The position numbers were made by a program, and so were the translations under genes. Positions 1-8,100 of a stretch of 14,961 nucleotides of DNA are shown here, in pieces. Under the pieces are notes generated by a model that was given only the letters and a program-made list of their open reading frames with translations, was not told where the DNA came from and ran no database searches. How positions within the stretch are numbered: the stretch's first letter is position 1; each line of letters opens with the position of its first letter. The stretch is from an uncultured Myxococcales bacterium (GTDB lineage: Bacteria; Myxococcota; UBA4151), in contig CAXGWI010000089.1 in assembly GCA_964013405.1 (NCBI GenBank), forward strand, positions 1-14,961, read 5' to 3'.

Positions 1-2450
1 GGGAGATTTTCGAGCCGGCGGGGACTGTAATGATGATCGGGCTCTCCGTGGCCGGGCCGGGCGTAGTCAGCGAGCCAGCCGATGGCATCACAACGCACCA
101 GGTAATCTCGGCCGAGCGTACACGTGCTGTCGCCGAGACCAAGGTCGCGAACGCCAATGACGTCCAGATTGGCATTTCGCAGCAGGGGGAGTGTTTCGAT
201 CGCTTCGTCGGCTCCCGGCCAGGCCCGGACGCTTCCATCCTCAAAAAACGCATACCATCGTCCATTAATGGACCCCCAGGCCATTAAGCTTTTGACCTTG
301 AGGGCTGTGGCACTCTGCAGTTCGGGGACGAGGGTTGGCCGGGGGCGTGTCGTCTTCGGCCGGGCCGGATCTTGGCTCTGGTGGCCCCAACAGTAAACTT
401 CTGCCGCCTGCGTAATCGCACAGGTCGCAGCCGCTGCCGCAACCACCGTCCGGACCGGTGGCAGGTTGGGGACGTGGGTTGGCGCGAGGTGGTTGATGCC
501 ATCGCCCGTGCCCAATTGACCTTCCTCGTTTCGGCCCCAACAGTAGGTGTTTCCCCGTCGATCCCAAGCGCAGGCATGAGTCTGCCCGGTGGTCACGCCC
601 ACTGCGTCCTCCATACCCGCCACCAGCGTCGCGGCGGCGACGACATGGTTTGGCCGGTCGTCCCGATTGCCTAATCGACCGAAGGTGCCGTAGCCCCAGC
701 AGCGGACCCGGCCGTCTCCGTGCACCGAGCAGGTGTAACGGTCTCCAGCATCGGCGGCGACCACATCGCTGAGAATCGCTTTGCAGTCGGTGGAGCAGCC
801 ATCGAGATCGTCGTCGTTGCCGTCATCACAGCCTTCATAACCGTCATCGCGGACGTTCTTGTCTCGGCGCCGGACGCCGTCCCCGCAGCGGGCAGCAGTG
901 CAGTCGTTGAGGCACCCATCGGTATCCACATTGTTGCCATCATCGCAGTTCTCGTCGGTTGCACCGTCTTCGTCGCCACCCGAGAATCGGTGCCCATCCC
1001 CGCAAACGGCGACCGTGCATCGGGTGGTGCATCGACTCCTGTCGGAGTTGTTGTCGCCATCATCACAGGCCTCGCCCTCCTGAACGATCCCATCCCCGCA
1101 CGTGGGAAGCCGACAACTTCGGCAGCCATCCTCGAGATCATCATTGCCATCGTCACAGGCCTCGCCGGGGCCGAGCCATCCGTCGCCGCAGCGATTGAGT
1201 TCGCATTGGTTTGTGCAGGGGTCGGTATTGATGGCGTTGCCATCGTCGCAGGCTTCGTCTTCATCGGCAATTCCGTTGCCGCATGTCGCCGGCGGGTCGG
1301 GATCGGGGGCGAGGAGAATGGGCCCGGGGAGCGCCGCGTTGACCCCGCTACCTCGCCCTTGATCTCCGTGATAGCCATGCTGCCCCCAACACTGGAAGCC
1401 ACCCCCTTCGAGAATCACGCAGAAGTGCCCCCCGCCGTTGATCAACTGGGTTGCCGTCGTGATTCCTGGAACCTCGTGGGCCCACGGCCGCGCTCGGTGG
1501 TCTCCTTGCCCAACTTGCCCCGAACCGTTTTGCCCCCAGCAGTAAATCCGGCCGTCTTCGGTACGTACGCAATAGTTTGCATCATAGCGGGCACTAGTGC
1601 CGGCCAACTGGATCGGCCCAACCCCACAGGCGACGCTGCATTCATCGTCATCGATGCGGTTGCCATCGTCACAGGCTTCACCGAGTTGGACGACACCGTC
1701 GCCGCAATAGGTGCCGACGCAGTTGTTGTTGCAGTCGTCGAGGTCCTCCTGGTTCCCATCGTCGCAGGCTTCCGAGCCCTCGCTGCCCTCGGGGAGATCG
1801 ATCCGGGCGATGCCGTCACCGCAGAATGCGATTTGGCAACCGTTGGTGCAGGCGTCCCGGTCTTCATCGTTCCCGTCATCGCAGACTTCGTAGCCGCCGT
1901 CCTCGGGGCCCCGATCCGTGCGCACGATGCCATCGCCACAGTGAGCGACTTCGCATTGGTTGGTGCAGCCATCGGTGGCGATGCTGTTGTCGTCGTCGCA
2001 TTCCTCGTAGTCCGAGTGGTCCGAGTCGAGGTCTGAGCGGACGATGCCATCGCCGCAGCGGGAGCGACGGCAGGCGTTGTTGCAGTCGTCGGTATTGGCC
2101 TGATTGCCGTCGTCGCATTCCTCCGCACCCGGTTGCCCCTCGGGGAGGTCGATCCGAGCGAAGCCATCGCCACAAACGGCCAGTTGGCAAAGGGTGGTGC
2201 AGGCATCCAAGTCGCTGTCGTTGCCGTCGTCACAGGCCTCGTATCCTGCCTCGCCCGGTTGCAATTCCTCCCGTACGCGACCGTCGCCACAGCGGGGGTC
2301 CGTGGACTGCAAGCAGAAGCCTTCATGGCAACGCTCTCCCGCACCGCAATCACCGGGCGATGCACACGGGACTACTCCACCCGAGACGGGCGCGATCAGT
2401 TCGGCGCAGCCGAGCAAGACGAAGAGGAAGAGTCGCAGCGATCGAGCCAT
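1..2450 (-). CDS. Cys-rich-repeat (Myxococcus-type/DUF4215-like) + RCC1/BLIP-II-like beta-propeller lipoprotein, paralog 1; 3' end runs off the window (>=816 aa)
   Basis: Manual translation from ATG 2450 is open to base 1, so it has no stop and is absent from the ORF track. It begins MARSLRLFLFVLLGC|AELIAPVSGGVVPCASPGDCGAGERCHEGFCLQSTDPRCGDG (lipobox LLGC). Then come 6 Cys repeats, 2 RCC1-like blades (YCWGQNGSGQVG, QCWGQHG), 5 more Cys repeats, and further blades (RCWGYGTFGRLG, YCWGRNEEGQLG, YCWGHQ). Confidence 0.92.
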   Translation of the reverse strand, partial: MARSLRLFLFVLLGCAELIAPVSGGVVPCASPGDCGAGERCHEGFCLQSTDPRCGDGRVREELQPGEAGYEACDDGNDSDLDACTTLCQLAVCGDGFARIDLPEGQPGAEECDDGNQANTDDCNNACRRSRCGDGIVRSDLDSDHSDYEECDDDNSIATDGCTNQCEVAHCGDGIVRTDRGPEDGGYEVCDDGNDEDRDACTNGCQIAFCGDGIARIDLPEGSEGSEACDDGNQEDLDDCNNNCVGTYCGDGVVQLGEACDDGNRIDDDECSVACGVGPIQLAGTSARYDANYCVRTEDGRIYCWGQNGSGQVGQGDHRARPWAHEVPGITTATQLINGGGHFCVILEGGGFQCWGQHGYHGDQGRGSGVNAALPGPILLAPDPDPPATCGNGIADEDEACDDGNAINTDPCTNQCELNRCGDGWLGPGEACDDGNDDLEDGCRSCRLPTCGDGIVQEGEACDDGDNNSDRSRCTTRCTVAVCGDGHRFSGGDEDGATDENCDDGNNVDTDGCLNDCTAARCGDGVRRRDKNVRDDGYEGCDDGNDDDLDGCSTDCKAILSDVVAADAGDRYTCSVHGDGRVRCWGYGTFGRLGNRDDRPNHVVAAATLVAGMEDAVGVTTGQTHACAWDRRGNTYCWGRNEEGQLGTGDGINHLAPTHVPNLPPVRTVVAAAAATCAITQAAEVYCWGHQSQDPARPKTTRPRPTLVPELQSATALKVKSLMAWGSINGRWYAFFEDGSVRAWPGADEAIETLPLLRNANLDVIGVRDLGLGDSTCTLGRDYLVRCDAIGWLADYARPGHGEPDHHYSPRRLENL
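783..1283 (-). repeat. Second block of 5 intragenic Cys/Asp-rich repeats (CG[DN]G..E.CDDG[ND]..C..C) in paralog 1
   Basis: Translated units run from CGNGIADEDEACDDGNAINTDPCTNQC to CGDGVRRRDKNVRDDGYEGCDDGNDDDLDGCSTDC. Confidence 0.9.
1626..2291 (-). repeat. First block of 6 intragenic Cys/Asp-rich repeats in paralog 1
   Basis: Translated units run from CGDGRVREELQPGEAGYEACDDGNDSDLDACTTLC to CGDGVVQLGEACDDGNRIDDDECSVAC. Confidence 0.9.
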
Positions 2451-2459
2451 GGCGATGGC

Positions 2460-2488
2460 AGTGTAGTGGAAGGATGCATCAGCGGAAA
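2460..2488 (-). promoter_or_regulatory. Putative leaderless-type promoter of paralog 1 (TTTCCG-N17-TACACT-N9-ATG)
   Basis: A TANNNT hexamer lies 9 nt before the ATG, there is no SD, and the geometry matches paralogs 2 and 3. Confidence 0.55.
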
Positions 2489-2528
2489 GGTGCGGCGTTG
2501 TGGACCTCTCTCGAAGGGGCGCCGTCCC

Positions 2529-4853
2529 TTAGAGGAGCTTTTTGTGGGCTTCCAAGCTGGGTCGCATGGTGATCACGATGGATTTGCTGGTGGGTGTCTT
2601 GCTGTCGTCGGCGACGCTTCCGACGGGCACCAAGGGGTTCGCCTCTGGGAAGTAGGTAAAGACACAGCCCTTGGGGACCGGTTGGGCCACGACGATGAAT
2701 GACGGTGCGTGGCGAGTGCCATCTTTGAAGTGGCTGGTGAGATCGACTCGCTGCCCCTCCACGAGTTCTGATGCTTGGATGTCCTCAGGGGACATCATGA
2801 CCACTCGTCGTGTGCCGTAGATCCCTCGGTAACGATCATCCATGCCATAAATGGTGGTGTTGTATTGATCGTGACTGCGGACGGTTGCCATCAGGTACTG
2901 TCCGGGTTCCAAGGTGAGATTGGGCAAGGGGTGGACAGTGAAATGGGCCCGGCCCGAAGCCGTGTCCCAGACTCGTTCCCGCGGACCGTTGGGCAGGACG
3001 AAGCCGCTGGGGTCTCGGACTCTGGCGTTGTAATCTTCGAAGCCGGGGATCACAGCCTCGATACAGGCGCGGATCCGATCATAGTCTTCGATCAAGTCCA
3101 GCCAATCCACTGTGCTTCGTTGATCGAGCGTGGCTTGGGCCAAGTGGGCGACGATGGCTGGCTCACTCATCAGTTCCGGCGAAGCGGGCTTCATGCGTCC
3201 TTGGGAGCGGGTGACAATACCCATGGAGTTTTCGCAGGACACAAACTGAGGACCTGCTGCTTGTTCATCCACTTCGCTGCGCCCTAAGCAGGGCAAAATG
3301 ATAGCCTCTCGTCCCCCCACCAGGTGAGAGCGGTTTAATTTGGTGGAGACTTGCACGGTGAGATCGCAGCGGCGAAGGGCAGCCTCTGTGTAGTGGGTAT
3401 CGGGGCTGGCGGCGACGAAGTTACCCCCCATGGCGAAGAACACGCGCCCCTTACCCGCGGCCATGGCTTCGATGGCTTCCACCGTGTCGTAACCATGGGC
3501 TCGGGGGGAGGTGAAGCCCAGATGCCCATCGAGCCGAGCGAGAAAGTCTTCTTTGGGGCGCTCGACAATCCCCATGGTCCGATCCCCTTGCACATTGCTG
3601 TGGCCTCGGACCGGACAAGCGCCTGCACCGGATTTGCCCAGGTTGCCCTTCAGCAGGAGTAGATTCACCACCTCTTGGATATTGCCCACTCCGTTTTTGT
3701 GCTGGGTGAGTCCCATGGCCCAGCAAATGATCGTCGCGTTGGACTTAGCGTAGATATCGGCGGCGGCTTCCATCTCGGTCCGAGTGATCCCCGACTGGGT
3801 TTCGAGTTGGGTCCACGGTGTCTGAAGAAGGGCAGCTTTGAAGGATTCAAAGTCCGTGGTGTGTTGCTGAATAAAATCGTGGTCGAGGACCTCTCCGGGG
3901 GCTGCCGCTTCACGTTTGAGAAGGATCTTCATGATGCCCTTAAGCAAAGCCACATCACCATTGATCCGAACCTGTAAATAGAGGTCGGTCAAAGAGGTGC
4001 TGGCGCCGAGAAGGGCCAAGGGATTTTGAGGGTGTCCGAAACGCTCAAGTCCCCGCTCTCTCAAGGGGTTGATGCTGACGATGGTACAGCCTCGGTGTTT
4101 GGCTCGTTCCAAGGCAGTGAGCATGCGGGGATGATTCGTGCCCGGGTTTTGACCGATCACAAAAATGGCTTCGGCTTCGTCGAAATCTTGCAGGGTCACG
4201 GTGCCCTTGCCGATGCCGATGGTTGCCCCGAGTCCCCGACCGCTGGATTCGTGACACATGTTGGAGCAGTCGGGCAGATTGTTGGTGCCAAAGTGACGCA
4301 CAAATGCCTGGTAGAGAAAGGCAGCCTCATTGCTGGTGCGACCGGAGGTATAAAAGATCGCTTCGTCGGGATGATCCAGGCCGTTGAGGTGGCCCGCAAT
4401 TCGTTGGAAAGCATCACTCCAAGAGAGGGGGCGGTAGTGATTGCCACCGGCCTCCCGGACCATCGGGTGGGTGAGTCGGCCTTGGGCTTCTAGCCAGAGG
4501 TCGCTTTGGTCAAGAAGTTGGTCGATGCTCCACTGCTCGAAGAAGCTGGGTGTGACCCTTTTTTTACTGCCTTCTGCAATGGCTGCCTTGGCGCCATTTT
4601 CGCAGAACTCGAAAGCGCTGCGTTCATCAGCCGGGGGGTCAGGCCAAGCGCAGCCCGGACAGTCGAAGCCATGGGGTTGATTGATGCGAGCCAGCAGTTG
4701 CATGCCCCGGAGTAGTCCACTGTGCCGGCTCGATTCTTTAAGAACCGACGTCAGCGCCCCTAAGCCACCGGCAGCCTTGGTGTAGGGACGAGTTCGTTCG
4801 GGACCCACCAGCGGAGCCGGTTCGGCTGGGGGCGCATTTTCGTCCTCGCTCAC
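2529..4853 (-). CDS. FdhF/YdeP-family molybdopterin oxidoreductase (formate dehydrogenase alpha-like), 774 aa
   Basis: Family motifs: NQPHGFDCPGCAWPD, FEFCENGAKA, FYTSGRTSNEAAF, NNLPDCSNMCHESSG, GQNPGTNHPRM, PVRGHSNVQGDRTMGI, RSHDQYNTTIYG, YFPEANPLVP, TPTSKS. The GTG start is preceded by GGAG at 5 nt spacing. Confidence 0.95.
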   Translation of the reverse strand: MSEDENAPPAEPAPLVGPERTRPYTKAAGGLGALTSVLKESSRHSGLLRGMQLLARINQPHGFDCPGCAWPDPPADERSAFEFCENGAKAAIAEGSKKRVTPSFFEQWSIDQLLDQSDLWLEAQGRLTHPMVREAGGNHYRPLSWSDAFQRIAGHLNGLDHPDEAIFYTSGRTSNEAAFLYQAFVRHFGTNNLPDCSNMCHESSGRGLGATIGIGKGTVTLQDFDEAEAIFVIGQNPGTNHPRMLTALERAKHRGCTIVSINPLRERGLERFGHPQNPLALLGASTSLTDLYLQVRINGDVALLKGIMKILLKREAAAPGEVLDHDFIQQHTTDFESFKAALLQTPWTQLETQSGITRTEMEAAADIYAKSNATIICWAMGLTQHKNGVGNIQEVVNLLLLKGNLGKSGAGACPVRGHSNVQGDRTMGIVERPKEDFLARLDGHLGFTSPRAHGYDTVEAIEAMAAGKGRVFFAMGGNFVAASPDTHYTEAALRRCDLTVQVSTKLNRSHLVGGREAIILPCLGRSEVDEQAAGPQFVSCENSMGIVTRSQGRMKPASPELMSEPAIVAHLAQATLDQRSTVDWLDLIEDYDRIRACIEAVIPGFEDYNARVRDPSGFVLPNGPRERVWDTASGRAHFTVHPLPNLTLEPGQYLMATVRSHDQYNTTIYGMDDRYRGIYGTRRVVMMSPEDIQASELVEGQRVDLTSHFKDGTRHAPSFIVVAQPVPKGCVFTYFPEANPLVPVGSVADDSKTPTSKSIVITMRPSLEAHKKLL

Positions 4854-4936
4854 GAACGCTCCGGGAGTGGTTCCGAGACCATGAATAGCGCCGGGAGGGC
4901 AGTGGCTGCAATGCTTAGACTTGAGATCGCTGCAAG

Positions 4937-7894
4937 CTAGGGGGCCTCGGCGGCGCCCAGTCGTCCCTGAACCGGCAGAGGGGTCTCAGAGGATTCGATG
5001 TACCCGTTTCCCACTTGATTGCGCGAGTTCTTGCCCCAGCACCAGACTTCGCCTTGATCTCCTGTGATCGCACAGGTGTGTCTATGTCCTGCAACGAGAT
5101 GATGCGCACGGGGTAATCCGACCACGGGACGGGGCTCATGACGTTCCTCAAGGTCATTGCTCGTCAGTCCGTCTCCTCGCTGGCCGTGATCATTCCAGCC
5201 CCAACAGCGGACTTCACCGCCTGCGACTAAGGCGCAGGCATGCTGGTGGCCCATGGCGATACTTTGAGCAGCGAGATCAGGGATGGATCCACTGGGGAGA
5301 ATGGGCGTTTCAGGGAAGGAGTAGTAGGGATGGCCCCAGCACAGGACGGAGCCATCTTCCCGGCGGATACATGTGGATACAGATCCCGCTGCAACTTGGG
5401 CCACTGGCCCGAGTCCGTCGATGGCCAGTTCTTCGACCCATTGTTCCCCTTCTCCGGGGGGCCTTTGAGAGCCTCCTAGGTTATTTTCGAGACCTAGTTG
5501 GAGCTGGTTGTTTTCGCCCCAACACCGGATCTCGTGGTTTTGTAAGTGGACGCAGGCGTGCTGTTCTCCCGCCACGAGGGACCGGCTGGGGGGGAGGCCC
5601 GCCACATAGCCAGGTCGACTGTAGTTGGCCTGCATGTAACTCAATACGCGGCCTGAGTTTTCGCCGAAGCCGTTGACAAAGGAGTTACCGTTTTCTCGGT
5701 GTCCGAGCATCAAGGTGAACTCGCCACCGGCCGCTAAATGTTCCACGGGGTTGGGGTAGTCCACCTGGATTGGGATGGCACCGTCGCTTGCGCCACCATC
5801 GCCTAACCGGCTTCTTTGCGCATTGCCACGGGCACCCCAACATCGCACCGAGCCATCGGCGAGACGAGCACAGGTATGCTCCTGCCCGGCCACGACCTGC
5901 TCCGCGTTACTGATTTCATGCACTGTGACGGGCAGGGAGCCTGGGGGGGATGTTTCGGCGCTACCCAGCTGATTGAGCTCGTCGCTGCCCCAGCATCGCA
6001 CCGTCCCATCTTCGAGACGGGCGCAACTGTGATCTCTGCCAAGGGCTAGTTCCACTGCACCACTGATGCCGAGGGCCCGAGTGGCTCTTCTCGTGATCCG
6101 CCGCGTTCCTTGCCCAAGTTGCCCATGGCTGTTGTTACCCCAGCACCGGATGCCCTCCACTGGGCTCAGGAAACAGGCAGCGGGTCCCCAGACGGTCGAC
6201 AGGGAGAGCGTATCGTCGGGGATCATTAACTCCTCATAGCCTCCTGCACCGGTTTGGGCATCGCCAACCCAAGTGAGCCTCCAAAACTGACCTGTGTAAT
6301 CCTGGGCGATGATCCCTGTTTCGACTCTGGCGTCCCCTTGGATTCGAAGCAAGCCGACAGGGGGAAGCAGCAAGCTGATCAGCCCCTGCCGATCACCGCC
6401 CCAGCAGTAGACTGCATCCTCATCCTCTTCAGTGACGAGCGCACAACTGCTGGTCCCCGTCAAAATCACCTGTCGAGCCGGGGGTACCCCTTCCACCACG
6501 GTGGGGCTGCTGTGGCTGCTGATGTCGATGTGGGCTCCTGTTTGCCCTTCCATATTGCTTCCCCAACAAGCGATCACCCCTTGGTCATCGAGAGCACAGG
6601 TGGTCATCTCATTGGCTGCTATTTGCTGGACGCCCGTCAGCCCTTCCACCCGCGTCGGCTCAGGAATGATTTCGGTAGGGTCGTCCCCGACTTCGATTCC
6701 GACTGCCCCTCCGATGTTATGTCCCCAGCACCAAACCTGCCCGATCTCATCCAGGGCACATTGGTGGAATACCCCGCTCGAGATGGCCGTGTAAGGGCCT
6801 GGATGACGGGGCTCCCAAACCTCCGGGTCTGCCAGTGATGCGAGGCATTGGACGGCACCTTCTTCCGTGAGGATGCAGGGGACGGTTCCGCAACTGATCT
6901 GCCGGGGGCGCTGCGAATTAGGCGTCGATATCACCCTGACCTCACCATCGCTGGCCGGACCAAAGTAATAAATGCTCGCGGTCGCCATCTGAACCATCGT
7001 GTTCTTGGAGCGACAGCCCACGAGAGCGACGACCCCCCCCTGGCAGTCCGATGGGCACAGGTCCCCGTTATCGGTGTTGCCGTCGTCGCAATTTTCGAAG
7101 CCCTCCTGACCCACGGACAAGTCTCGACGGTGGATGCCATCGCCACAGCGGGCGAACTGACAGTCATTGGTGCAGGCATCCTCGTTCACGTCGTTCTCAT
7201 CTTCGCAAGCTTCGTTAGCCAGCTCTTGAATGATGCCGTCGCCACAGCGAGTGGGTTGGCAGTTTACATCGCAGCGATCGAGATCATCCTGGTTGCCGTC
7301 GTCGCAGGCTTCATAGGCCGGGTTGCCCGCAAACACGTCGCTTCGTTGGATCCCATCACCGCAGCGGGCAGCATGACAGTCATTAGTGCAGGCATCTTGG
7401 GCATTTCGGTTGCCGTCGTCACAGGCTTCAAAGCCGGGCTCCCCTTCGCTGAGATCCTGGCGCAGCAAGCCATCACCACACCGTGCGCGCTGGCAGGCAT
7501 TGGTGCAGCCGTCCCGGTCATCGTTGTTGCCGTCGTCACAGTCCTCGCCTCCTTCCTCGTCGACGCTTCGATCGAGGCGTTGATAGCCATCGCCGCAGCG
7601 GGCCGGCTTGCACTCGTTGGTGCAGCCATCCCGATTCAAAATATTGCCATCATCACAGGCTTCGTACCCGGCGACCCCTTCTGCGATGTCGTTTCGAATC
7701 TCTCCATCACCGCAACGGGGCCCTGTCGATTGGACACAGACCCCTTCTGCTTCGCCCTCGACGGGATGGCAGATCCAGCCATCTTGGCAGTCCGTCACGG
7801 TTTGACAGGTGGGTGTTCCCGGAAAGATCGGCGCTAACCACTGCTGGCAGGCTGAGGCGGCGAGAAGGGTGATGGCAGCAAGAAGACGGGTCAT
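4937..7894 (-). CDS. Cys-rich-repeat + 14-blade RCC1/BLIP-II-like lipoprotein, paralog 2 (985 aa from ATG 7894; the track's GTG 7906 is less likely)
   Basis: MTRLLAAITLLAASAC|QQWLAP lipoprotein signal, 6 Cys repeats, then 14 countable RCC1-like blades (H.C..L.DG.V.CWG.N..GQLG consensus, some degenerate). Confidence 0.93.
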   Translation of the reverse strand: MTRLLAAITLLAASACQQWLAPIFPGTPTCQTVTDCQDGWICHPVEGEAEGVCVQSTGPRCGDGEIRNDIAEGVAGYEACDDGNILNRDGCTNECKPARCGDGYQRLDRSVDEEGGEDCDDGNNDDRDGCTNACQRARCGDGLLRQDLSEGEPGFEACDDGNRNAQDACTNDCHAARCGDGIQRSDVFAGNPAYEACDDGNQDDLDRCDVNCQPTRCGDGIIQELANEACEDENDVNEDACTNDCQFARCGDGIHRRDLSVGQEGFENCDDGNTDNGDLCPSDCQGGVVALVGCRSKNTMVQMATASIYYFGPASDGEVRVISTPNSQRPRQISCGTVPCILTEEGAVQCLASLADPEVWEPRHPGPYTAISSGVFHQCALDEIGQVWCWGHNIGGAVGIEVGDDPTEIIPEPTRVEGLTGVQQIAANEMTTCALDDQGVIACWGSNMEGQTGAHIDISSHSSPTVVEGVPPARQVILTGTSSCALVTEEDEDAVYCWGGDRQGLISLLLPPVGLLRIQGDARVETGIIAQDYTGQFWRLTWVGDAQTGAGGYEELMIPDDTLSLSTVWGPAACFLSPVEGIRCWGNNSHGQLGQGTRRITRRATRALGISGAVELALGRDHSCARLEDGTVRCWGSDELNQLGSAETSPPGSLPVTVHEISNAEQVVAGQEHTCARLADGSVRCWGARGNAQRSRLGDGGASDGAIPIQVDYPNPVEHLAAGGEFTLMLGHRENGNSFVNGFGENSGRVLSYMQANYSRPGYVAGLPPSRSLVAGEQHACVHLQNHEIRCWGENNQLQLGLENNLGGSQRPPGEGEQWVEELAIDGLGPVAQVAAGSVSTCIRREDGSVLCWGHPYYSFPETPILPSGSIPDLAAQSIAMGHQHACALVAGGEVRCWGWNDHGQRGDGLTSNDLEERHEPRPVVGLPRAHHLVAGHRHTCAITGDQGEVWCWGKNSRNQVGNGYIESSETPLPVQGRLGAAEAP
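7043..7714 (-). repeat. 6 intragenic Cys/Asp-rich repeats in paralog 2
   Basis: Six CGDG..CDDGN-type units; the 5th is short (CGDGIIQELANEACEDEN). The block is 672 nt. Confidence 0.9.
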
Positions 7895-7904
7895 AGCGAA
7901 GCCC

Positions 7905-7933
7905 ACATTAGTGCATGCTCTCTACCTTGGGAA
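7905..7933 (-). promoter_or_regulatory. Putative leaderless-type promoter of paralog 2 (TTCCCA-N17-TAATGT-N10-ATG)
   Basis: A TANNNT hexamer lies 10 nt before ATG 7894 and there is no SD. Confidence 0.55.
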
Positions 7934-7974
7934 GACAGCAGAGAGGAGGTCTTGGCTTGGGGGCAAGCCCAGGG

Positions 7975-8004
7975 TTGATGGCAGCTCGAGGCGGCTCTGA
8001 TAAT
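7975..8004 (+). promoter_or_regulatory. Possible sigma70-like promoter for purT (TTGATG-N18-GATAAT)
   Basis: Partial match to TTGACA/TATAAT, about 100 nt upstream of purT. Pattern match only. Confidence 0.3.
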
Positions 8005-8034
8005 CCGTGGTGGTCACCGGGCAAGCCTTGGTCT

Positions 8035-8071
8035 AGGAGCCCCCATCCTGGTGGTGGGGGATGGGCCTCCT
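8035..8071 (+). promoter_or_regulatory. GC-rich hairpin in the purT leader
   Basis: AGGAG(8035-39) pairs with CTCCT(8067-71), and CCCATCC(8042-48) pairs with GGATGGG(8059-65). A T-rich stretch follows at 8078-8091, then SD GGAG at 8092-95. Confidence 0.35.
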
Positions 8072-8100
8072 TGCACCTCTTTTTCCTGTTTGGAGCAACC

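Noticed and set aside
260..273. Perfect 14-bp palindrome GTCCATTAATGGAC
   Set aside because: It is a single occurrence deep inside a CDS with no promoter context, so it may be chance.
720..2036. Long plus-strand ORFs rich in V/A/I (720-2036, 6848-7837, 11686-12417, 12593-13531, etc.)
   Set aside because: They are codon-aligned antisense shadows of the real minus-strand genes. Their repeated 'VAIVAG' pattern is simply the reverse complement of the CDDGN repeats.
671..2365. Minus-strand Thr/Ala-rich ORFs 671-1402, 1442-2365, 11853-12377 and 14584-14958 (MTPTATR repeats)
   Set aside because: They are off-frame readings of the Cys-repeat genes and of the EDDSDGD repeat.
4900..4940. Weak similarity between the flanks of paralog 2 (4907-4936 versus 7912-7940) as a target-site duplication
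   Set aside because: Only about half the positions match and gaps are needed, so it is not distinguishable from chance.
7907..8100. ZTP (pfl) or PRPP (ykkC-type) riboswitch upstream of purT
   Set aside because: The conserved cores (e.g. GACUGGCG..CGCCUGGGC, or CUAGGGUUCCG) were not found by eye. Only generic hairpins are reported.
7915..8100. 62-aa N-terminal extension of PurT in the ORF track
   Set aside because: PurT homology and the SD both begin at ATG 8101.
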